A DNA stretch of 13,321 nucleotides from Candidatus Rokuibacteriota bacterium. Its GTDB lineage: Bacteria; Methylomirabilota; Methylomirabilia; Rokubacteriales; DASRDR01. Positions 1-7,548 of the stretch are shown here, piece by piece. Position 1 is the stretch's first letter, and each line of letters begins with the position of its first letter. The notes beneath the pieces are model-generated. The model saw only the letters and a program-made list of their open reading frames with translations, did not search any database and was not told the DNA's origin. Made by a program: the position numbers and the translations under genes. The stretch is taken from positions 1 through 13,321 of the forward strand of contig JBIOTN010000244.1 in NCBI GenBank assembly GCA_044866005.1. Direction: 5' to 3'.

Positions 1-13
1 AGATCCTGCCCGG

Positions 14-1399
14 CTAGCCGGCGATCAGGCTGGTCAGCCACATGACGCCGACGCCGGCGCAGAACCCGCCGGCGACGTACCCCGAGGCGAGCCCACCGGG
101 CGCGCGGCGCGCCGCCTCACGCCCGACCTCGATCGCCTCGTCCGCATCCTGCACCTTGGTGAGCAGGAGCGCGACCCGGGCGGCGCCGGTGGCCTTCCCC
201 CGCGGACTGCCCGTGTCCTCTTCGTCGAAGATCCGGTCGACCGCGTAGAGGAGGAGGTTCCGGGCCGCGGCGGCGCGCGCCTCGAAGGCCTCGCGCCCGT
301 GCCGGCGGAGGAAGGTGTCGGGGTCGTGGCCGGCGGCGAGCGTGGCCACCTTGAGGCGCAGCCCGCTCCGGGCGAAGGTCTCGCGCTTCCGCTCGAGCGC
401 CCACCAGTGCGGGTCGGCCGACTGATCGAGCAGCTCCTCGGCCCGCCGTGCGGCCTCGGCCCCCGCGCGGTCGGCATCGAAGAAGAGGACGACCTGGTCC
501 GCATACCGCCGGAGCAGCCCGAGGTGATGCGGCGTCAGGGCGGTCCCCAGTACGGCCACGGTCTCGGTGAGCTCGTGCTGGTGCGCCATGAGGCAGTCGA
601 TGTAGCCCTCGACCAGGAACGCCCGCCGGGAGGCGGCCATGCGCTCGCGGGCCTGGTGGAGCGCGTAGAGGGTCTGCCCCTTCTGATAGAGGGGGGTCTC
701 GGGCGAGTTCAGGTACTTGGGCTCCTCGCCCGCCAGGGCGCGCCCGCCGAAGGCGATGGTGCGACCCTGGCTGTCGGCGATCGGGAAGATGAGGCGGCCG
801 CGGAAGCGGTCGTAGTACCCGGTCCCCGTCTGGCGTGGCAGGACGAGCCCCGCGCCGACCAGCGTGTCGACGGAGAACCCCTCGCGCCGCGCCGCCGAGA
901 GCAGGTGGTCCCAGCCCTCGGGCGCGTAGCCGAGCCGGAAGCGCCGCGCCACCGGCTCCGCGATCCCACGCTCGCCGAGGTACCGGCGCGCGCGCTCGGC
1001 GTCCTCCCGATCCCAGAGCCAGCCTTCGTAGGACCGCGCCGCCCAGTCCAAGAGCCGGTACAGCGCCTCTCGCGCGCCGGGCTCCTCGCGCGCCCCCGTG
1101 TCGGCGCGCGTGGGGAGCGGGACCCCGGTGCGCTCCGCGAGGACCCGCACGGCCTCCGGGAAGTCGAGGCGATCGTGGCGCTTGAGGAACTCGAAAGCGT
1201 CGCCGCCGGCGTGGCAGCCGAAGCAGTGGAAGATGCCGAGCTTGGGGTTGACGGTGAAGGAGGGGGTCTTCTCCTGGTGGAAGGGGCAGAGGCCTTTCCA
1301 GCGCTCGCCGGCCCGCTTGAGCGGCACGTAGGCTGAGACGAGGTCGACGAGGTCGACGCGGGCCCGGATCTGGTCGAGGACGTCGTCGGGGACGATCAC
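14..1399 (-). CDS. dnaG: DNA primase, C-terminally truncated or chimeric (last ~29 aa are not primase-like)
   Basis: Zinc-binding CPFHQEKTPSF...FHCFGC; YYDRFRGRLIFPI; FGGR; PKYLNSPET; TOPRIM EGYID, LGTALT, FDADRAG, HDPD. GTG start overlaps the mutS2 TGA stop (GTGA). Only 461 aa and ends in a hydrophobic segment. Confidence 0.95.
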   Translation of the reverse strand: MIVPDDVLDQIRARVDLVDLVSAYVPLKRAGERWKGLCPFHQEKTPSFTVNPKLGIFHCFGCHAGGDAFEFLKRHDRLDFPEAVRVLAERTGVPLPTRADTGAREEPGAREALYRLLDWAARSYEGWLWDREDAERARRYLGERGIAEPVARRFRLGYAPEGWDHLLSAARREGFSVDTLVGAGLVLPRQTGTGYYDRFRGRLIFPIADSQGRTIAFGGRALAGEEPKYLNSPETPLYQKGQTLYALHQARERMAASRRAFLVEGYIDCLMAHQHELTETVAVLGTALTPHHLGLLRRYADQVVLFFDADRAGAEAARRAEELLDQSADPHWWALERKRETFARSGLRLKVATLAAGHDPDTFLRRHGREAFEARAAAARNLLLYAVDRIFDEEDTGSPRGKATGAARVALLLTKVQDADEAIEVGREAARRAPGGLASGYVAGGFCAGVGVMWLTSLIAG

Positions 1400-3741
1400 G
1401 GGTTCGCCTCCGTCTCGACGAGCTCCACCACCGTGGCGCCGGCGCCGCCTTCAGCCGGCGCCCCCGGCCGGAAGGCGCTCACGAGCGGGTGCGCGCGCAG
1501 GCACGCCTCGACCGCGCGCTTGAGGGCGCCGGTGCCCTTGCCGTGCACCACGCGGACCGTGGGATGCCCGGCGAGGGCCGCGTCGTCGAGGAACTTTTCG
1601 ACCGCCGCGCGGGCTTCGTCCGTGGTCCAGCCGAGGAGGTGGAGCTCCCGCGGCACGGCGCGGCGGGAGGGGACGGAGACCGCCGGGGCCGGCCCGGGCC
1701 CGCCGCCCGGCGCGGGCGCCGTCTCGAGCTGGCTCGGCGAGACGCGAAGCGTCAGGCTGCCCGCCTGGACCGTGACGAGACCGGCCTCTTCGCCGACCAC
1801 GCGGCCGCGCAGGCCGAGGCCGCGGAGCCGGACCTCGCCCTGCCGGGGCGTCGGGTCCTCCGCCGGCGGCGCCGGGAGCTCCGCCTCGGCCGCGCGCAGC
1901 CGGCGATAGGCCTCCTGCGCCCGGCGGCGGGTCGTCTCTTCCGCCTTCAGGCGGTCGAGCTCCTGGCCGACCCGGCGGCGGGCGTCGGCGAGAAGGGCGC
2001 GCGCCTCGGCGTGCGCCTCGCGACGGACCCGCGCGGCTTCCCCCTCCGCCCGGGCCAGCGCGCCCTCGACGCGCGCCAGCCCGGCGGCGGCGGCGGCCTC
2101 CCGCCGCGCCGCCTCGGCGAGGCGCGCCGCGGCCTCCCGCTCGCGCGCCGTGAGCGCGGCGAGCAGCGTCTCGAGCCGGCGGCTCTCCTCCGAGAGGTGC
2201 GCGCGGGCGCGCCCGATCACGTCGGCCGGCAGCCCGAGCCGCTCCCCGATGGTCAGGGCGTAGCTCGGGCCCGGGTGGCCATACTCGAGGCGGAAGGTCG
2301 GCTCGAGCCGCTCGGCGTCGAAGGCGACCGTGGCGTTCTCCATCCGGGGCTCGAGCTCGGCGAAGACCTTGAGCGGCGCGAGGTGCGTCGTCGCGATGAC
2401 CCGGACACCCCGGGCGAGCAAGGCCTCGAGGAGCGAGGCGCCGAGCGCCGCGCCCTCGGCGGGGTCCGTGCCCGCGCCGAGCTCGTCGAGCAGCACGAGC
2501 GAGCGGTCCGTCGCCGTGGCGAGGATCCCACGCATCTGGGCGATGAAGGAGGAGAACGTGGAGAGGTTCTGGGCGAGGCTCTGCTCGTCGCCGATCACGG
2601 CGTAGACCTGGTCGAAGACGGGGAGCCGGCTTCCGGGCGCCGCGGGGACGTGACAGCCGGCCTGCGCCATGAGCGCGAGCAGCCCGCACGTCTCGAGCGC
2701 CACCGTCTTGCCGCCGGCGTTCGGGCCGGTGACCAGGAGGCCGGGGCGGGTCGCGGGGAGACGGAGGTCCACGGGCACGACGGCAGCCCCGCCCGCCCAC
2801 GCCTGGGCGACGAGCAGCGGATGCCGCGCGTCGAGGAGCTCGAGGTCGCCGCCCTCCCGCATCTCGGGCTCGCTCGCGGCGAGCCGCTCGCCCAGCGCCG
2901 CCCGCGCGAAGGCGAGGTCCAGGGCCCCGAGCCCGTCCACGAGGGCCTCGAGCTCGCCCAGGTGGGCGCGGACGCGGCGCGTGAGCTCCTCCAGCAGCCG
3001 CGCCTCCTCGTCCCGCTCCTCCAGCAAGCGCTGGGTGAGCTGGTTGTTCAGGTCGATCACCTCGTCGGGCTCCACGAAGAGCGTCGCGCCGCTGGCGGAG
3101 CGATCGTGCACGATGCCCCGGACGGCCCGCCGGGCGTCGCCGCGCACGGGCAGGACGTAGCGCCCGTGCCGGACCGTGACGTACCGCTCCTGGAGGGCCG
3201 GCGCGACCGACGGGCTGTCGAGCAGCGCCTCGAGGCGGGCCTGCAGCTCGCCGCGGAGCGCCTGGATCTGGCGGCGCGCCGTCCGGAGCGCGGGGCTGGC
3301 GCGGTCGAGGAGTCGGCCCTCGGCGTCGAGGGCGTGCTCGAGCGCCGCGCGGAGCTCGCCCACCGTCGGCAGCGACCGGCAACGGCTGGCCACGTCGCCC
3401 GCCGTGCCCGCGATCTCGCGGCCATAGGCGACGAGCCGGCCGGCTGCCGCGAGGAGATGGCCGAGCGCGACGAGACCGGGCCCGTCCAGCCCCGCCCCGT
3501 CCGGGGCCGCGCGCTCGAGCAGCGGGCGGACGTCCGTCACGCCCTGCCACGGCGGCTCGCCCTGGCGCGTGAGCGCGGCGCGCGCTTCGCGTGTCTCACG
3601 CAGGGCGCCCTGGATCGCCGCCTGCTCGCGGCTTGGGATGAGCGCGAATACACGAGCGCGGCCCAAGGGAGTGGCCGCGAACCGGGCAAGGAGCTTCAGG
3701 AAGGCCGTCCAGCCGAGGACGTCGCTGGGCGTCAACTCCAC
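1396..3741 (-). CDS. mutS2: MutS2 endonuclease / ribosome-splitting ATPase (RqcU-type) with KOW-like and Smr domains
   Basis: RYVLPV and GIVHDRSASGATLFVEP clamp region; ARHPLL; Walker A TGPNAGGKT; IGDEQSLAQNLSTFSS; Walker B LLDELGAGTDP; ATTH; coiled coil; C-terminal Smr LHLLG...VVHGKGTGALKRAV...GGAGATVVEL. Confidence 0.96.
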   Translation of the reverse strand: MELTPSDVLGWTAFLKLLARFAATPLGRARVFALIPSREQAAIQGALRETREARAALTRQGEPPWQGVTDVRPLLERAAPDGAGLDGPGLVALGHLLAAAGRLVAYGREIAGTAGDVASRCRSLPTVGELRAALEHALDAEGRLLDRASPALRTARRQIQALRGELQARLEALLDSPSVAPALQERYVTVRHGRYVLPVRGDARRAVRGIVHDRSASGATLFVEPDEVIDLNNQLTQRLLEERDEEARLLEELTRRVRAHLGELEALVDGLGALDLAFARAALGERLAASEPEMREGGDLELLDARHPLLVAQAWAGGAAVVPVDLRLPATRPGLLVTGPNAGGKTVALETCGLLALMAQAGCHVPAAPGSRLPVFDQVYAVIGDEQSLAQNLSTFSSFIAQMRGILATATDRSLVLLDELGAGTDPAEGAALGASLLEALLARGVRVIATTHLAPLKVFAELEPRMENATVAFDAERLEPTFRLEYGHPGPSYALTIGERLGLPADVIGRARAHLSEESRRLETLLAALTAREREAAARLAEAARREAAAAAGLARVEGALARAEGEAARVRREAHAEARALLADARRRVGQELDRLKAEETTRRRAQEAYRRLRAAEAELPAPPAEDPTPRQGEVRLRGLGLRGRVVGEEAGLVTVQAGSLTLRVSPSQLETAPAPGGGPGPAPAVSVPSRRAVPRELHLLGWTTDEARAAVEKFLDDAALAGHPTVRVVHGKGTGALKRAVEACLRAHPLVSAFRPGAPAEGGAGATVVELVETEANP

Positions 3742-3757
3742 CTCGACGGAGGCGAAC

Positions 3758-3952
3758 TCAGTCCGAGTACCGCTCCCGCCGCTTGGCCTTCTTGCGCGCC
3801 GCCAGCGCCTTACGCTTCCTGCGAACGCTGGGCTTCTCGTAGTGCTGCCGCTTCTTGAGCTCCGAGAGAAGCCCGGCCTTCTCGCACTGCTTCTTGAAGC
3901 GCTTGAGCGCGCTCTCGAAGGACTCGTCAGGTTCCACGATGACCTTCGTCAA
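3758..3952 (-). CDS. rpsU: 30S ribosomal protein S21 (64 aa)
   Basis: [39 protein letters not shown] is typical bS21. Start moved from 3985 to the TTG at 3952 (MTKVIV...), which follows the purine-rich GGAAGGGGGGAACGGGGA. Confidence 0.96.
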   Translation of the reverse strand: MTKVIVEPDESFESALKRFKKQCEKAGLLSELKKRQHYEKPSVRRKRKALAARKKAKRRERYSD

Positions 3953-3998
3953 AGTCCCCGTTCCCCCCTTCCCGCCGCCTCCCAACGGATAAACGTTT

Positions 3999-4029
3999 AG
4001 TTTATATCACAATCACCCCACCCTGTCCA
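3999..4029 (-). promoter_or_regulatory. Probable sigma70-type promoter for rpsU-mutS2-dnaG, embedded in the 3' end of pth
   Basis: TGGACA (4029-4024), 17 nt spacer ending TG-A, TATAAA (4006-4001); alternative -10 TAAACT (4004-3999). Sits in a locally AT-rich patch. Confidence 0.65.
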
Positions 4030-4565
4030 CGCGGCTGCGCGAGCTCCAGCACCGCCTGGGCCGCCCGCTCCAGGACCTCGGGCAACGCCACCCGCTCCTC
4101 GCCCGTGAACTCGGTCAGGACCCAGTCCACGACCTCCTCCTTCGTCCCCGGCCGCCCGATCCCGACCTTGACGCGCCGGAACTCTTCGGTGCCAAGCGTC
4201 TCGATGAGCGAGCGGACCCCGTTGTGCCCGCCGTGCCCCCCCCTGTGCCGCATCCGAACGCGGCCGAACGGCAGATCCAGGTCGTCGTGGACGACGACGA
4301 GCGCGGCGGCATCGAGACGGAGCTCCCGCAGGAGTCGGGCGACGGCCGGCCCGGCCGCGTTCATGAACGCGACGGGCTTGGCGAGGTAGAGGCGGTCGCC
4401 GCCCCACTCGGCCTCGGCGAGGGCGGCCGAGCCTCGCAGCCGGAAGCGGTGGCCGAGCCGTTCGGCCAGGCGATCGAGGACCGCCTGGCCCACGTTGTGG
4501 CGCGTGTGGCGGTAGGCCGGCCCGGGATTGCCCAGCCCGACGGCCAGCTGGGGCCCTTCCGGCAC
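4002..4565 (-). CDS. pth: Peptidyl-tRNA hydrolase
   Basis: [57 protein letters not shown]. Canonical position after rplY. Confidence 0.97.
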   Translation of the reverse strand: MPEGPQLAVGLGNPGPAYRHTRHNVGQAVLDRLAERLGHRFRLRGSAALAEAEWGGDRLYLAKPVAFMNAAGPAVARLLRELRLDAAALVVVHDDLDLPFGRVRMRHRGGHGGHNGVRSLIETLGTEEFRRVKVGIGRPGTKEEVVDWVLTEFTGEERVALPEVLERAAQAVLELAQPRGQGGVIVI

Positions 4566-4613
4566 GTGCGTCGTCTCTGGTTGCGTCTCGGGCCCGGGAC
4601 GGTCGGGCCGCGA

Positions 4614-5348
4614 CTACTTCTTGGCCTTGGCGGGCTCTTCCTTGGATTCCTTCGCCTTGGCCTCGGGCTTGGCTTCCTTGGCCTTGGCCTCCGGCTTGCC
4701 CTCTTCGGCCCCCTCCTCGGGCTTGCGCTCGGTGAGCACCTCGGGCTCGGCCGCCGGGGCCGCCGCCGGCGCCGCCACCTCCTCGGCCATCGGCGGCGTG
4801 ACCGTCACGACGGCCTGCGCGGCCGGCGTGGTCACGCGCACGCCCTCCGGGGGACGCAGGTCGGCCACGGTGATCACGTCGTGGATGCGGAGCGCCGAGA
4901 CGTCGACGTCGAGTCGCTCCGGGATGAGGGTCGGCAGGCACGCGACCTCGACCGCGCGCAGGAGCAGCGAGAGCACGCCGCTCTGCTCCTTGACGCCGGC
5001 GGCCTCGCCCACGACGTGGATGGGAACCTCCACCGTGATCTGCTCGTCCATCCGGACGGCCTGGAGGTCGATGTGGATGAGGATCTCCCGGACGGGGTCG
5101 AACTGGAGATCGCGCACGACCGCGGCCCGCGCCTCTGCCTCGCCGGGAAGCTTCAGGTTCACCAGGACGCCGCCGCCCGCGTGGGCGTGGAGGACGCGCT
5201 GGATCTCCTTCGGGGCCACGCACAAGGGCACGGGCTCGGTGCGGGCGCCGTAGAGAATGGCCGGGACGAGGCCGCGGCGGCGCAAGCGCCGGACGGCGCC
5301 CTTGCCGACGGCGTCGCGGCGCTCGACGGTCAGTTCACGAATCTCCAT
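4614..5348 (-). CDS. rplY: 50S ribosomal protein L25 / general stress protein Ctc (long form)
   Basis: GKGAVRRLRRRGLVPAILYG; VRDLQFDPV..ILIHIDL; VEVPI..VGEAAGVKE.SGVL; CLP..IPE...VDVS.L; charged tail. Shine-Dalgarno GAAGGAG at 5364-5358. Confidence 0.97.
   Translation of the reverse strand: MEIRELTVERRDAVGKGAVRRLRRRGLVPAILYGARTEPVPLCVAPKEIQRVLHAHAGGGVLVNLKLPGEAEARAAVVRDLQFDPVREILIHIDLQAVRMDEQITVEVPIHVVGEAAGVKEQSGVLSLLLRAVEVACLPTLIPERLDVDVSALRIHDVITVADLRPPEGVRVTTPAAQAVVTVTPPMAEEVAAPAAAPAAEPEVLTERKPEEGAEEGKPEAKAKEAKPEAKAKESKEEPAKAKK
4647..4700. repeat. Two-copy 27-bp in-frame tandem repeat in the rplY tail (KPEAKAKE twice)
   Basis: ttccttcgccttggcctcgggcttggc (4647-4673) and ttccttggccttggcctccggcttgcc (4674-4700); 24 of 27 positions identical. 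Confidence 0.8.
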
Positions 5349-5365
5349 GGACGCGGTCTCCTTCA

Positions 5366-5487
5366 GGCCGTGCCGATAACCGTCGCATCCCGGCGTCCTC
5401 GGGCCTCGTCCCGCCTCAACGTATGCGGCATACGCCTCGGCGGGCCTCGGCCCTGCGTCCTAGGGCTGCTCGGGTCTCGGCCCGGCC
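5366..5487 (-). repeat. 122-bp long imperfect palindrome (structured RNA leader or REP/MITE-like element) between prs and rplY
   Basis: Outer stem 5366-5391/5463-5487, symmetric 9x9 internal loop with GCGTCCT on both arms (5393-5399, 5455-5461), bulge-free inner stem 5401-5426/5428-5453 centred on CGTATGC-G-GCATACG. Confidence 0.85.
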
Positions 5488-5512
5488 CGTCGATACAAAG
5501 CTAGCGCTTCCG

Positions 5513-6451
5513 CTACACGAACAGGGTGGACACGGACTCCTCGTCGTGGATCCGCCGGATCGCTTCGGCGAGGAGCGGCGCCACCGAGAGAACCGTGATC
5601 TTGGGGTGCTGCTTGTCCTTGCCCAGCGGGATCGAGTTCGTCACGACCACGCGCTCGAGCGCGGAGCTCTCGATCCGCGGCATCGCCGGGCCGGAGAGGA
5701 CGGGATGGACGCCGCAGGCGAGCATCCGGCGGGCGCCCTCGCGCTTGAGGGCGTCGGCGGCCTGGACGAGCGTGCCGGCCGTGTCGATCATGTCGTCGAT
5801 GATCAGGACGTCGCGGCCCCGGACGTCGCCGATGAGATGCATGAAGAGCGAGACGTTCGGGCCCTCCCGGCGCTTGTCGATGATGGCCAGCCCGGCGCGC
5901 AGGCGCTTGGCGATGGCGCGGGCCCGCTCCACCCCCCCGGCGTCCGGCGAGACGACGACCAGATCGTGGAGCCCCTGCTTGGCGACGTAGTCGATGATCA
6001 CGGGCGAGGCGTAGAGGTGGTCCACGGGGATGTCGAAGAAGCCCTGGATCTGCCCGGCGTGGAGGTCGAGCGCCAGCAGGCGCTGGGCGCCCGCGACCGT
6101 GATGAGGTCGGCGACCAGCTTGGCCGAGATGGGGACCCGCGGCTGCACCTTCCGATCCTGCCGGGCGTAGCCGTAATACGGCAGCACGGCGGTGATCCGC
6201 TGGGCGGACGCCCGCTTGAAGGCGTCCAGCATCACGAGCAGCTCCATCAGGTTGTCGTTGACCGGCGGGCACGTCGGCTGGACGACGAAGACGTCGGCGC
6301 CGCGGACGTTCTCGTCGACCTGCACGAACACCTCGCCGTCCGAGAATCGGGCGACCTCGGCCTGCCCCACGGGGATGCCGAGCACGCCGGCGATCTCGTC
6401 CGCCAGCGCGCGGTTGGCGTTACCCGAGAAGAGCTTCAGCTCGTACGGCAT
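5513..6451 (-). CDS. prs: Ribose-phosphate pyrophosphokinase (PRPP synthetase)
   Basis: [75 protein letters not shown] Shine-Dalgarno-like sequence upstream. Confidence 0.98.
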   Translation of the reverse strand: MPYELKLFSGNANRALADEIAGVLGIPVGQAEVARFSDGEVFVQVDENVRGADVFVVQPTCPPVNDNLMELLVMLDAFKRASAQRITAVLPYYGYARQDRKVQPRVPISAKLVADLITVAGAQRLLALDLHAGQIQGFFDIPVDHLYASPVIIDYVAKQGLHDLVVVSPDAGGVERARAIAKRLRAGLAIIDKRREGPNVSLFMHLIGDVRGRDVLIIDDMIDTAGTLVQAADALKREGARRMLACGVHPVLSGPAMPRIESSALERVVVTNSIPLGKDKQHPKITVLSVAPLLAEAIRRIHDEESVSTLFV

Positions 6452-6533
6452 GGCTGTCCTCGCTCCTCGTCAGTCGGCGGCGCTGGAACCGTCCCGGCGT
6501 TCCGCAGGGCTCCCAGTATAGCGCCGCGGGAAC

Positions 6534-6607
6534 TGGTTGGGGCGGGAGGATTCGAACCTCCGGTCCGGGATCCAAAGTCCCGCGCCTTACCGCTTGGCCA
6601 CGCCCCA
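6534..6607 (-). tRNA. tRNA-Gln (anticodon UUG) with encoded CCA
   Basis: Cloverleaf: acceptor TGGGGCG/CGCCCCA, D arm GCC-AAGCGGTAA-GGC, anticodon arm CGGGA-CTTTGGA-TCCCG, T arm GGAGG-TTCGAAT-CCTCC, 3' ACCA. Usual ispE-tRNAGln-prs position. Confidence 0.97.
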
Positions 6608-7543
6608 AGCCATGGAGGACTGCCGGCGTCGCGTCCGGTGCCCCGCCGGTCCGGTCCGGACCACCGAGAGGGCCGGGCCGGCCACGGTCCGCGTCACCCA
6701 GGCGCGCCACGGACGCGCCTGGAGCGCCTTCCGGATCCGCGCGCCGGCTGCGGCGGAGGCCGCGATGCCGACCACGGTCGGCCCGCTCCCGGACATGACC
6801 ACGCCGAGCGCCCCGGCCTCCAGGAGGGCCTGCTCCACCTCGCGGAGACCCGGCCAGAGTCCGGCCGCCGGCCGCTCGAGGCCATTCCAGAGCCGCGACG
6901 CGATGGCGCGGGCGCCGCCCGGGAGCGCCGCGACGAGGGCCCGCACGCGAGCCCCTCGACTCATGTCCTCGGGCCGGAGGGCCGCGTAGACGTCCCGGGT
7001 CGCCAGGGGAATCCCCGGGTTCACGACCACCAGCGTCACGGTCGGGGGCACCGGGACCGGGGCCAGGCACTCGCCGCGCCCCGAGCCGAGCGCCGGGCCG
7101 TCGGCCAGGAAGAACGGCACGTCCATCCCGAGCCTCGCCCCGAGCGCCTGGAGTGCGGGGCGGTCGAGCGGCAGCCCCCAGAGGCGGCTCAACCCCCACA
7201 GGACGGCTGCGGCGTCGGCCGAGCCCCCGCCGAGCCCCGCGGCGACCGGGATCGTCTTCTCGATCCCGATCCGCGCGCCGGTCTCCACCCCGGCCTCCCG
7301 GCGCAAGAGGTCGGCCGCGCGCCAGGCGAGATTGTCAGGCCCCGCGGGAACGCCTGGGGTGTCGCAGCTGAGCTCGAGCGGCCCGGCGGTCGCTTCGAGC
7401 GTCACCCGGTCGGCCAGGTCAACGGCCGAGAGGAGGGTCAGGAGCTCGTGGTACCCGTCGGCCCGCGGCCCCAGCACCTCGAGGCCCAGATTGACCTTCG
7501 CCCGGGCCCGAACGATGAGGCGGCGCGGCCGGCGCTCGGACAC
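6587..7543 (-). CDS. ispE: 4-diphosphocytidyl-2-C-methyl-D-erythritol kinase
   Basis: AKVNLGLEV; DGYHEL; DNLAWRAA; GHMP motif KTIPVAAGLGGGSADAAA; LGMDVPFFL; GRGE; MSGSGPTV. Start placed at GTG 7543 because the ATG at 7558 lies inside the predicted promoter spacer; 7558 remains possible on read-through transcripts. Confidence 0.96.
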   Translation of the reverse strand: MSERRPRRLIVRARAKVNLGLEVLGPRADGYHELLTLLSAVDLADRVTLEATAGPLELSCDTPGVPAGPDNLAWRAADLLRREAGVETGARIGIEKTIPVAAGLGGGSADAAAVLWGLSRLWGLPLDRPALQALGARLGMDVPFFLADGPALGSGRGECLAPVPVPPTVTLVVVNPGIPLATRDVYAALRPEDMSRGARVRALVAALPGGARAIASRLWNGLERPAAGLWPGLREVEQALLEAGALGVVMSGSGPTVVGIAASAAAGARIRKALQARPWRAWVTRTVAGPALSVVRTGPAGHRTRRRQSSMAWGVAKR

Positions 7544-7548
7544 GGAAA

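Noticed and set aside
1451..3550. 699-aa alternative-frame ORF within mutS2, and other R/G/P-rich same-strand ORFs
   Set aside because: Composition is that of off-frame GC-rich codons; the main genes are intact in their own frames.
5401..5453. Hairpin as a rho-independent terminator or CRISPR repeat
   Set aside because: No U-tract on either strand, single copy in the window, no spacers or cas genes.
5393..5461. GCGTCCT direct repeats as a target-site duplication
   Set aside because: They lie inside the larger 122-bp palindrome, facing each other in an internal loop, rather than flanking it.
5498..5503. TAGCTT as a -10 box just upstream of the hairpin element
   Set aside because: No matching -35 or extended -10; too weak to call.
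6515..6520. TATACT as a -10 box for a separate prs promoter
   Set aside because: Good hexamer but no -35 or TG extension at the right spacing; not supportable alone.
6452..6545. tRNA-Gln 3' end as an integration site
   Set aside because: No duplicated tRNA end, integrase or compositional shift; prs follows directly.
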